Shown here: positions 1 to 12,600 of the stretch, one piece after another | Numbering within the stretch: position 1 is the first letter of the stretch | Layout: each line of letters begins with the position of its first letter | NCBI RefSeq assembly: GCF_964355755.1 | Contig: NC_092673.1 | Coordinates: forward strand, 27,587,648 to 27,651,647 | Length of the DNA: 64,000 nucleotides | Source: Antedon mediterranea | Lineage: Eukaryota; Animalia; Echinodermata | Reading direction: 5' to 3' | Notes under the pieces: model-generated | Database searches by the model: none | Told to the model about the DNA's origin: nothing | The model's input: only the letters and a program-made list of their open reading frames with translations | Program-made: the position numbers and the translations under genes

Positions 1-409
1 GTTAATAAATATGTATTATAAAATAGTTTACAATTGCAAAAACTATCATCATAATTCTATTTAATTTGACATGTATCATGTCTATTAAATCAAGTCTTAT
101 TTAGTATGTATACATCCGCCCTTATGAGGGCGGGCATCACTCACTGGAGCTCTCTGTTACAAATTTCTCATGCAAAAATCGCGGAATACTCATTCTTGTG
201 ATATATATTCTTTGGTAATGTTAAGTGACATTTTATATTTAGATGTCTACCGCTCCCGCACAACTTATGTAGCCTATAGGTCTTTAGTACAGTAATAATA
301 ACAAAAATACTACTGTTCATGTACCTACATTATCCATAAATGTACCATGCAATGATTGTTTATCGAGAAAATAACCTAGGCCTCTGACGCGGAAGTCCGA
401 TATCAAATT

Positions 410-1050
410 CAAATTCAAATATTCTTTTATTCATCCTCAATCATGAAAATATACAACAACAATATATGAGAACATAAAAAAGATGAAAAGGAAACACATA
501 AAAACTCAAAAAGAGCTTGATTAGTTGTGTCCCCCTATGTCCCTAACTAGCCTAAAAAACTAAAACATAAATAATAAAAAAAGCTAAATCCTGCAACAAG
601 TATTATTTTTTAAATTATTTGTAAAATGATAATAAATGTTCTTTAAACAATGATTGAAATATATATATTGATTTGGTACTTTGTAGTTCGTAATTCAAGT
701 CATTCCACATTTTGGGTCCCACACATGACACAGTAAAACTAGTAGAAGTACGATTACGTTTTCTGAGTCTCATTTTGTCTTTAGATCTTGTATTATAATT
801 ATGGTAAGAACCATTTTTAATAAAGAGCGATGAAAAACGCACGTCCTGATTAGTAGTAACATTATACATGAAAAGCCCAATTTGGTACTTATTGATATCC
901 GCAATTTTAAGAAGTTTATATTTATAGAAACATTCAGTCATTGAATCATTAAACTTTGACCATGTTTCAGCTCGTAATGCCCTTTTCTGGAGTTTAAATA
1001 ACTCATCTAAATAACTTGGAAATGTGCTACACCATATTATGTTGCATATC
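410..1050 (-). mobile_element. 5'-truncated non-LTR retrotransposon (CR1/L2-like LINE) 3' end remnant
   Basis: ORF 615..941 and upstream sequence give LINE ORF2 C-terminal motifs (LFKLQKRALR..., IGLFMY, HNYNTR, GPKMWNDL). A short-repeat tail (ttgaat)n lies near 405-420. Confidence 0.7.
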
Positions 1051-1494
1051 TCTGAATCGAAACAGCCGAGCCTGCTGTAGCTGCTTATATAGCTGTGATG
1101 TGAACTAGGCTGGCTAGCCTGGCCAACAGCGACCGATTGTGGAGATACATTTTTAGTAACTCTTTTAAAAGTTGCTAGGACTGGGAAGGTTGGAATGATC
1201 CACGCCTCCCTACGAAATAGACCAACTTAAGAATATAAAATTGAACAGTTTTCTCACATCCTGTAATACATTATTATACTATAAATCATGAATTGTGGCT
1301 AATTCTTTAGGCCTACGATAGACAAAATAAAAAACGCACCGTAAAAACTAATCTGTAACCATGTGAATGACATAATCTAATACACGGCAATTGACGAGTT
1401 AATATTCCCAATATTGTGACAAATGTCTGTACCCTCGTGACAGGGTACAATATAACAGTACGGTAATCACTCTAGTAGGCTTAGGTATAACCTC

Positions 1495-2860
1495 GGTGTC
1501 TACAATATGTACCCCGTGACAGATTGCACCCCATATACCCCTAATATAACAGTTAATAGGCCTACTATCGTAGGATACAATATTTTACGGACTGTCTAGA
1601 ATATTAGGTACACCCGTGACGCACCCCCTATAATATAACAGTTAATAACTATCTATTAAAGGGGTGCAATATATTATGGGCTGTCTAGAATATTAGGTAC
1701 CCCCGTGACAGATTGCACCCCTATATTATAACAGTTAATAACTATATAGTATAGGGGGTGCAATATATTACGGACTGTCTAGAATATTAGGTACCCCCGT
1801 GACAGATTGCACCCCCTATATTATAACAGTTAATAACTATATATTATAGAGGGTGCAATATATTACGGACTGTCTAGAATATTAGGTACCCCCGTGACAG
1901 ATTGCACCCCCTATTATAATAGTTAATAACTATATATTATAGGGGGTGCAATATATTATGGGCTGTCTAGAATATTAGGTACCCCGTGACAGATAGCACC
2001 CCCTATATTATAACAGTTAATAACTATATACTATAGGGGGTGCAATATATTACGGACTGTCTAGAATATTAGGTACCCCCGTGACAGATTGCACCCCCGT
2101 GACAGATTGCACCCCCTGTATTATAACAGTTAATAACTATCTATTATAGGGGTGCAATATATTACGGAATGTCTAGAATATTAGGTAACCCGTGACAGAT
2201 TGCACCCCCTATAATATAACAGTTAATAACTATATACTATAGGGGGTGCAATATATTATGGGCTGTCTAGAATATTAGGTACCCCGTGACAGATTGCACC
2301 CCCTATAATATAACAGTTAATAACTATATATTATAGGGGGTGAAATCTATTATGGGCTGTCTAGAATATTAGGTACCCCGTGACAGATTGCACCCCCTGT
2401 AATATAACAGTTAATAACTATATACTATAGGGGGTGCAATATATTACGGACTGTCTAGAATATTAGGTAACCCGTGACAGATTGCACCCCCTATAATATA
2501 ACAGTTAATAACTATATACTATAGGGGGTGCAATATATTATGGGCTGTCTAGAATATTAGGTACCCCGTGACAGATTGCACCCCCTATATTATAACAGTT
2601 AATAACTATATATTATAGGGGGTGCAATATATTATGGGCTGTCTAGAATATTAGGTACCCCGTGACAGATTGCACCCCCTGTAATATAACAGTTAATAAC
2701 TATATACTATAGGGGGTGCAATATATTACGGACTGTCTAGAATATTAGGTACCCCGTGACAGATTGCACCCCCTATATTATAACAGTTAATAACTATTAG
2801 GGGGTGCAATTATTACGGACAGGTTGCACCCCCTATAATATAACAGTTAATAACAATATA
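1495..2860. repeat. Tandem array of ~14 x ~94-bp units, each containing an internal hairpin
   Basis: tctaga recurs at about 1595, 1684, 1778, 1873, 1966 ... 2736. The unit is gtaccccgtgacagattgcaccccctatattataacagttaataactatatattatagggggtgcaatatattatgggctgtctagaatattag. Confidence 0.95.
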
Positions 2861-3632
2861 TTAGGAAATTGAGAATATAACTAGTTGTTGTGACATTATC
2901 TTTAAATTAAAAACAATACAAGATTCAAATTAGAATAAATGTATACATTATGTGGCCAATGTTAATTATGAAAGTCAAAAAAAAAGAAAAAAAACTGTAC
3001 AAAAATATTTTATTATGAAAATTGTATGCGTCGCGGATGACGGCAAATGGAAATGAGTTTTAAGAAGGTTTACGTATTGTAATATTTCTCCTCATTCAAA
3101 AGAGATTTTAAAATTTGTTTTGTATTATTATGTTGCCAGATAGTTGTTTTAGATGACTGACTGTTAATTATAAAATTTTAACTGCAAATTTATTAATAAA
3201 TATGATTTATATGTCGTTACGGACGGGACATTTCTAACGTCGCGGACAGGACACTTTTGTCCAGGTTAAACAAAATTTATAATTAGTTTTTTCTGAGGTT
3301 TTTTACATCAATTTACTCCTTTATTTACAAATCAAAATATAATTCAACCTTTGAAACACTGTATAAAAGTTTATGTCAAGTGAAAATATTAAAATTCATA
3401 AATATGAAATATTTATTTATAAAATTAATTATTCAAAGAGTTATAAAGAGAAGCAATATTGTTAAATGCTATCAAAATAATATTTACACTAATTTAAAAG
3501 TTATGCTTGGCATATTACACAAGACTTCAAGCTATTAACACATTTAAGGAGAATCTTTAAAAATTGTCGTTGGCATTTGACGTCTGAATTTGTTAGAAAG
3601 TGGATCCAAGTTGCATCCTTGCTTGGATTTAA

Positions 3633-5233
3633 AGGGGGATTCTGGGTTTAAAATTGCTTTTAAATATCGTTTATTTATTAAATAAAAAATATTATAACAA
3701 TATAGACATGTCAGAATGAAGAAGTAATAACGAGAAATTAAAAAAATTAAATTTCATATACATTTTAGGGTAAATTCATGGAAAATCTGTTTTTCAGCAG
3801 CTTAGGGAAGCTCATTAATATTCATGAGATATTCACAAAATCACGTCATCAGTGGATTCCAAACTCGCAACGTCAAGCTTGTACGTTGTGTTCTCTCTCC
3901 TCTGTCAAACGACGACCACCCGATCATTGTGAAATACATTTTTTGTAGATTTGCTAAGCTAGGCCTAAAGTGTGTAATAATAACAGTAGTAGCATATATT
4001 TATTTGACATTTAATGAAATACAAAATTTAGTACAGATTACGGAGTCATAAATTATACTATTTTTATACCTCGAATTAATAATAATAGTACAGATTGTAT
4101 ATCGGCTTCACGTACTAGGCTAGGCCTAGCCTAAATCATTTTATTCATGCCGGGGTGAGAGCCATTTCTGACTAGGGATTCCATGCCACGATGGCTACGT
4201 TAAAACATTGGGGCCATCTTTCATGGGCCTAGCTAGCCTATTACTAAACGATTGGCCCATAAATAACAAAACTCAGTGGATTCCAAACCCATCCTATCAA
4301 CCAAACTCCTAAACAATCTAAACCTAAAACGTTCTACAAAAATCGGCTGTAAATATTGAGGCAAAACAAGGTCCGATCGCCGTCCGCACGTATGGTGTCC
4401 CGATCGTCACCAAAAAATCGGATATTGCATCAAGCAAGTAGACCGGTAGTAGGAAGGAGACCTAGCCTAGCCTAGCCGATCCGGCCCAGTTAAAAATTGA
4501 GCTAGCTAGTGTAGTAGACCCTATGCGAATTGATACTACCAGGCCTTTTACTTAGGCTACACTTGTAAAAATTAGCAATACTGTACTTATTTTTACAAAT
4601 ATTCCAACTCTCTCATTCGAGCTATATTATCTATACCATTCCGGTAGGTTGAGTCGACCTTCAATCAAATACTGTACATCGTTCATGTTGTGATTATAGA
4701 CGGGGTATACTCGACCCGACCAGTTTGGTATTAATTGTATACTGTATCTGCTTATCACGTGACGATGCCAGGCATGGGCAGAGAGAGCACGTGTATCGTC
4801 GTCTCGCTCTCCTCGCTCAGGAATGTATACGTTACGCTTCATTGATTTTGAAGGCTTTCCCCTAAGTCAGTGCGAAAATCGGCAAACGTAAAGTGCAAAC
4901 TTATCTAATTTTTCACTGTTTTGATGGATTTTCATAGAAAATTGACTTTATAAATGGGAAGACCGACTAAAATTACATCAGATAAGTATAATTTTACAAA
5001 AGTAATTGATATGGTTAATGATAACGAGTCGTCGGAAGATTGACCATTTCACAAATTTCCTATTCTGTAACCACAGTGTGATTTTGCCGTAGCTGCACTT
5101 GTAATCTGGCCTCATTTCACAGCCTTCGTTCTGCTTCACTGGGCGCTTATATAAATTGAAACTTTTACCGTTCAAGAGACAAACAAATATATTTTACATT
5201 TTTTACTATTCATTTTAAACCCGGAACCCCCCT
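3633..5233. mobile_element. Non-autonomous DNA transposon with TTAA target duplication (Kolobok-like)
   Basis: Terminal inverted repeats agggggattctgggtttaaaa / ttttaaacccggaacccccct, flanked by ttaa on both sides (3629-3632, 5234-5237). Termini begin with purines; no transposase ORF. Confidence 0.75.
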
Positions 5234-7859
5234 TTAATGTTACTGTAAGGCCTACTTCTATTAAACTTCAATCTTAATTATTTAGTATCTGATATTTAAA
5301 GATTCTTGGTTGCAAATTCACAAAATCTACAAAGTGATGACCACACCCAATACTCCCTTTCATACTTGTCATGTTGTTTTGGATTTCGGTATTGTTCTTT
5401 TGTGGATTGTTTTTTTAAATACAGACCACAATATTTTGTGATTAATAAACAGCAGTTAACACCTTTGTACAGTACTGTCCAGCCTACAGTACAAAAACAC
5501 GTTTTAATTCTTAAAATAATGCCATCCCATTCCTAACAAAAATTTCCCATCCGTAACATTCACTAAATTTTGATAGTAATGTTTTTTATATTAAAAAAAA
5601 CTTGTTTAAATCTATTGCAATTGAAAAATTAAGAATTAAATAACAATTTTGGAGCCATTACTTCAATAAACACAAGTGAGGAAAAAACCTCAATCGAAAT
5701 GTCTCAGAAGTAACAATTATGAATTTTGAAATGCAAGTATGAAATTAATAAACAATAATAAAATACTGTACTTGATTATGAACAATTGGAGCTTACTGTG
5801 AAATAAAAAGTTAACTACAGTATATTTATGGGGAAAATGTTAACAAGATGCATGGTTTTATTAAATGAAAAGGATTTAAATGATATGTCCTGTCCTTAAC
5901 AAAAATGTCTGTCCCGTTCCTACAAAAAATGTCATCAATATATTTTTTGAAATACGATATGTTCACCAAAAGTTTCAAAATATTTGTTTATAATGTACTG
6001 CATATAGTTTTTAAAAGGAAAAAACAAAAATATTAAATTGTGGTATCAATACGTTAACTGAAATGTAAAAAACACCATAAAACTACTATTAAAATGTCGT
6101 GGATGGACAATTATGAATTTTGAAATGTATATATAAAATTTAATAAACAAAATATGTGTTATAAAATGCTTGAATATGTACAATATAGGGTCATAGTGTA
6201 ACTACGCAATTTTTGGTTAAAATAATTATCTGACGAGTAAAGAAAATTTCGCTGGCGGGGCCGGGAATTGCCAATTTGCCGACAAAATTGGTGTCATTAT
6301 CTGTACATACACCTGATCAATATAATGTTCTAGGATTGCATAGTCATATTGTCTTATATGGGATAACGATGCAAAATTAAAATCAAACCAACATTCTGTT
6401 ACTATGTTGTAGGCCTATTCATATTACAATAAAGAAAGAATTAGAAAAATCTGACTTGTTGTTTCGAAATATAGGGTCTAAAACATCGCCGAAAATGATC
6501 GTTTTTAGCGACGAAAGAAGTAAAACTATTTGCGGCCTCAGTCGACAATTCTATTAACTACGCCATTTTTGGTTAAAATAATTACATATAATTACGTTTT
6601 TTAGTCATTTATTTTATATATCACCATTGGAAATATCAATAAAACATGTTATTAAATGCTTATAAAATATATAAAGTTGTTTACTTAACGGAATTCGGGC
6701 AAATTCATTGCTCTAACTTTGTGTAGTAACGATCAGAGAGATTCATGGTACACGCGCGAGAGAGAAAACATTCCGCTGCGGGTGATTCGCGTCCACCAAT
6801 CAAATCAGCCAGAATCCAAAATCATTCAACCGTGAGCAATGCCAATCGCGAGAAAGCTCAGCTTTGATTGGCTTAAGATGACATCATATCACAAAATGGT
6901 GGTTTTGTAGTTAAGCCTCACGGAATATTCTGTTCCAAAAATGAAATACATGGATATTTTTTATGGTATGTGTGCTTTTTCTTCAAAATTTTTAATAATA
7001 AAAGCCTCATATCGAGAAAATATAATAAATATATCTTTAGACAAAAAAGCACATGGCATGTGGAACTATATAAATCTTAGCGTAGGAAGACATACAAATC
7101 CCAGGTCATGAGAGGCTCAACTGCAAAAACAAGATTGAATAGGGTAAGGTCAAATACTTTTGAGTAAATTTCAATCTACCGCGTACGGCCGTACGTACGT
7201 GCTAGGTAGTACGATATTTTGACCACATTTTTTACGTGTTTCGTTAGATGGAATGAAAATAAAAAATAGTTGTTCTGAAGGGATCAATGATATGATATGT
7301 AAATAAACAAACACTAAAAAGAATTATGTTTACAATTCAATTATTGTCAGAATAATAGTTTATTTTTTTCCCCGGCACCTTTGTTTGCTGACGGACGCGA
7401 TGATGTGCCGACGGACACAAAATCAGGGCCGGCCCGCCCCCCTCCCCTACTGGATACGCCACTGGTCAGCTTATACGCATGCGCAGAGAGAGGGATTTGG
7501 AAGAAAAATGAATACGCATGCCTATAAGCTCATGTTTTCAATTCGCGCGAACAAATTCGCCTAGTGGAAACTCGGCTTTAGTAGCAAATTAAAAGGTGTA
7601 ATGGTGGTTACATTCAATCCTGTAAAGAAATGATGTTAAACATATGACGTAATTTTTTGTCTTTTGTGAGATTCACTCACTTTTATTTCATTCTTTACAA
7701 TTGTTACAATAATCTATATCAATTTTGTTTCAGTAGAAAACTATCTCTGCAGCTTAAATTTTTTTTTTTCTTATTTTTAGTATTTTACATATATAAAAAG
7801 TTAAAGCATTTAAACAATAGACAAAAGTTATATAAAAGTATACATCACATAATATAGGT

Positions 7860-8650
7860 TCAGAATTGCCATTACAACATCACAAAATAAAATATACTAT
7901 AACTCATATAGCACCAGTAAATAAAACTAGTAAGGTATAAACCATACTAGAATACTAAGTATTGTGTCGTAATAATATTTTCTCGTGTTTTTAGCCTGTT
8001 ATTGTTTAACAATTATACATTTTTACATTGCTAAAATAATATTTTTTACCTTTTCCCATTTTTTTATGCTTTCCTCTCTTTTATACACTATATCACATTC
8101 CATTCTGAATAGAATTCCTTGTTTAAAAGATTTCCATAAATTAAAATAACTTTTATTTGTAACATCAGCCAGTATCTTTTGCTTATAAACCGTAAAAGCA
8201 GCAAATGTATATATAAAACCAGTAAGAATATTTCTTGTTCCAATTACCAGATTTTGAAAAGACATGTTTATATGATTGGTACCTTTTAAAACAATCTCTA
8301 TTTTTGTCCAAAAACCTTGAATAAATTTACAAGTAAAAAACATATGCTCATCATCTTGTACCTCTCCACATCTACCACATATATTAGTATCTTTTAGTTT
8401 CCAGATAGACAACCTTTTGTTTGTTGCTAAAATTCTATTTAACAGTTTGTAATTAAAGTGTATTAATTTTTTATCTTTCATTTTACAAACTTTAGATAAC
8501 CAACATGACTTCCAATCAATATTCAAATTATGAAAATATTTTTCCCATTTTCTTTGACAAACCGGCGGGACAAAAATTTCCTCCACAAAACAGAGATAAA
8601 TACTCTTTGTTGTGATGTCCTTATATCTATTCTTAATGACATATGACGTA
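7860..8650 (-). mobile_element. L1/Tx1-clade LINE ORF2 3' fragment (zf-RVT region)
   Basis: ORF 8023..8724 has KSIY...W...W...FNYKLLNRILATNKRL..W...CGRCGEVQDDEHMFFTC..W, the CCHC zinc-binding region following RT in L1/Tx1 elements. The N-terminal ~25 aa of the ORF is the antisense of the FMO pseudo-exon. Confidence 0.8.
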
Positions 8651-8690
8651 ATTGTTTGACTAATAAATTGATTTCTATTTTGTATAATAG

Positions 8691-8995
8691 TTACCCCCAG
8701 TCCCATACCAAGACGATTTAGCAAGTGACATTGGAGTGAAGCCTACACTCAGTTATTTTTAACGAATCCTAATCTTGCTGTGAAAGTGTTCTTTGAATTG
8801 AACCAGCATTACCCTTCGTCTTACAGGCTTAAAGGACCTCATCACTGGTCTGGTGTGAGACAAACTATCATGAGAAGCGAGAGAAGTACAAGCAAAACGA
8901 CAGGAATGGTTCATATAAACACACATATTATCCTATTTATTTATCTCTTTTCGTTTCTTTTGGTTCTAATAATTTTAATGAATTGTACTAAATAA
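8691..8995 (+). pseudogene. Degenerate terminal exon of an FMO paralog
   Basis: After an ag acceptor at 8689-8690 it reads LPPVPYQDDLASDIGVKP, then a frameshift, then LFLTNPNLAVKVFF..YPSSYRLKGPHHWSGVRQTIM and a hydrophobic tail. It is colinear with exon 6 of the intact FMO (ISHLPYQEELAGDIGARPSYALFLTDPKLAAKVFFGPAYPSSYRLQGPHQWPGARKAIM). Confidence 0.85.
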
Positions 8996-9682
8996 TTACA
9001 TTTTAAAATTCTAATGTTACGGTACTTAATGTTATGATGTGCATTATGATTGAAGTGGAACACGTCTTATCAATTTAGTATTTATCATTTTATGAATGAT
9101 TTATAACCAGATAAAATAAAGTATTTTTGCAGTTTTACAAAACATAATGCGTTCGTATCTTGTATCTATTGTGATCTATCCCGAATCTTCCATGCATTTT
9201 ACGTTTCTGATTATTCGTCTGTTATTCGGTACCTATAAGGCGATAGTTGTCTTTGACAGCTCTTGTCTCTCCTCAGTCCTCCCCATTGTAAGTATCACTG
9301 AAAGGAATATTTCATTTCATTTTTCATTTCTTTATTCGACAACAAGCGGTCCAGGGGTTGCGACAGCAACAGAGCGCCATAACACATTTGTGTCCGCAAC
9401 CCCTGTAACATACAACTTAATACAAGTTAAAAATGAATATAAAATATACAGAATATACAACAAATTTAATTAATTATATAAATATATCTAAAGTAATTCT
9501 GTAGCTTTGCCGCGCGCTATATTTCAAAAGCAATAGTATCGAAGGCATGCGCAGTATTGTTTTATTACAGTATGTTATTTAAATTATCAACACGGTACAC
9601 CTGAAGTCATGTTCACGGTTGACTGATTTTTTAAATATAATAAATATTCACCGGTGTGCGTTGTTAGTTTAAAGATCACAAA

Positions 9683-12600
9683 ATGGGTGAGAAGCGTATA
9701 GTCGTGATAGGGGCTGGAATAAGCGGTCTTGTAGCCATTAAATCATGCCTAGAAATGGGCTTTAAACCGTGCTGTTTTGAGAAGCAATCGTCCATTGGTA
9801 AGCTTGCCGTATCATACGTTTTGATACCTATTTTGATAGTGGGCTGTCTAGATTAGGCCTACTCAGTCAGGGAGGGGTGCTTATCCGGATGTCAAAGCTT
9901 TACTTATGGCCAAGAATTGTAGGCTATGCAATACGAGTCCAAGGATCATTTCATACAATAGGAATAAAAAAATACTGTTTTATTCTCTGTGATCATTGGC
10001 ATGTAAGATGAATATATGCCTAGGTTTTGGTTGTTCTGTATTCCACGATTGTATCACCGCGTACGTTTCATTTCGACTCAATAATGTCATGATAGGAAAC
10101 TACTGTACAATGATTGCAATTACCTTATTCTACTGTACAGACATAATCGGAACAATTATGCATTATCTCCTTTAGCTTTATGCATGTTTAAATTCGTAAA
10201 GCAAATCGCAATAATATATCGTGTGGTCAAAGAAAATTCTGCCTTTGCACGCCGCCATGTGTTGTCAGGGCAACTAGCAGGGTAACACAGGTGAGGTAGA
10301 AACGTGTCTTTATTATGGAAACAGCGTGCAATTGTTTATTATATTATCGTTTACCTTGGCGTACAGCGTAGCATATTTATACATTTTGCGGGTTGTGCTC
10401 ATGTATTTATTAAAATTAATGCGTTCAATAACATCTGGCTGCTTTTACGAAATTCCTATTTGTCTTCCAGAATAGTAATGGTTTGGTTTGTCATCTTTTT
10501 CAGGTGGAGTATGGGTCTACGATGAACATATCAACAGAGGAGAGGCTAGTGCCATGTACGATAACCTAGTAACCAATACCAGTAAAGAGATGATGTGTTT
10601 CAGCGACTTCTCATTTCCCGAAGATTATCCGCCATATTTACTTATTCATCACGTGATTAAATATCTACGCGATTACGCTAAACATTATGACTTAGAAAAG
10701 TACATATGTTTTGACACAGACGTCACGGGCGTCAAACCGGTAAGTGACAGTGCCATAGTTGGACAATGGAATGTAACAACCAGAAGCCTAGAAGGTCAGG
10801 CCGTCACGACGGTATTCGATGGTGTGATGGTTTGTACTGGAGTTCATTCTAATGTAATAATGCCAACGTTTCCCGGAATGGATGAGTTTAAAGGTCAGGT
10901 GGTGCACAGCAACGCTTTTAGAAAAGGAGAGACAGTTAGTGGAAAGAATGTTTTAGTTATTGGTAAGTTAGGGTATACATTTGATTTCTTGTCTTTATCT
11001 GATGAAATTATTACAGTTTTGTCATCAGCCACGTCCACAGTGATTATTTAAGATACTATATTGATGACTGTAATGCTCTGTCTACACTATCAAACTTTAT
11101 GTGACAAAACATGTGATGTGACCATATATGGACATGATTGTCATATCACTACCGTATTTGGGCATATCACGGGTGTCACGAAACCTAAGACCACGAAAGC
11201 TAAGACCCCTAAGACCTAAGATCACGAAAGTTAAGACCCAAGACCTAAGATTACAAATATTTATCTTTCGCACCTGCCTTGTATTTTAACATTTATTCTG
11301 AATACCACACCTTAGAATTGGCACTTTCATGAAAAAGAATCACATAAAAAGTAACAAATACATTTTTAAATTGATGATTTTACAGACGTTTTTCTCGCAC
11401 ACAAAATGACTAGCCTACAGTACAGTAGGCCTACCCCATGTTCAATGTTTTTGTTTCTATGGAACGTCAAAAGAGCAAACATTATATAGAGGGCTGAAAA
11501 CTCTGTGGAGTCCATCTACAGTGTGGATGGAACAATGTAAAATTAAAATTGTAATGATAATAGTATAATCATGCAAGTACGAAGAAATAAATACTTGCAA
11601 ATAAATTTTAATTTAAAAATCATGATAAGTTTTTTTTTGTTTCGTTTTCTTTCTGTTTTTATACTTGTACTATTATTGTTGCTCTTTTGGCGCTCCATAG
11701 AAACAAAAACATTGAGCATGGGGAGCTCGAGGAGTTACATTACAGTATACAAAGAAACACATCTGTAAAATCATCAATTTAAAGGATTTATTTATTTGTT
11801 ATGTGTTTCTCCTTCTGAAAGTACTTATAAGTCCTAATTTTAAAGTGTGGTGTTCAGGATAAAGTTAGTCAACAAATTTGGAGTCAAAATACAAGAAAGG
11901 CAGGTGCGTAAGAAAAACATCCTCTGAACCAACACAATGGAGTAAATATATACCAACAAACAACCCGTCAAGTTTGTTTGCTGTAAAGAAAAAATATACA
12001 TTTACTCAACGGGCGAAAATAATGTGAGTTTATCTATGTTTTGCGGTAGTATTAAATTATATTTATGGTAATAAATTAAACCTACTGTGTTTAAAATTAT
12101 GTATGGATAAACAAGTATTGTTTTTAAGCTGTAGTATATCTTAGTATTTGTAATCTTAGGTGTTGGGTCTTAGGTTTCGTGACACCCGGCATATCACTAC
12201 CATATTTAGGAACTTAACAAACTAGTTTGATAGTGTAGACAGAGCTTAAGTTTATTTGTTTTCTTTTACTTTACAGTTATTATGGAGACTTCCCAATGAA
12301 CATTCATTCTAGTTGCATTGCGTTTGAACTACAGTGTATGTGTCATTTTATTCTCATCGTTGCATTAAAATATTTTATATAGATATTTTTAAATTTATTT
12401 GTAGGTGCGTCTCATTCGGCAGGCGATATATCAACCCAGTGTAGCTACTATGCAAACATGGTATGTATTAATTTTTTCATATTGTATATAAACACAGTGA
12501 CTCACCGTGTTCTTATTTTCAGCACTAATAGCTCGTACTGTCTTTGCAAACGTTACGTAAAAGCCAACTCAGACAGCGTTGTACGAGGCCCGACGAGGAG

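Noticed and set aside
1495-2860. CRISPR-like array (palindromic repeats at regular spacing)
   Set aside because: The whole 94-bp unit repeats with no unique spacers, there are no cas genes, and the context is eukaryotic.
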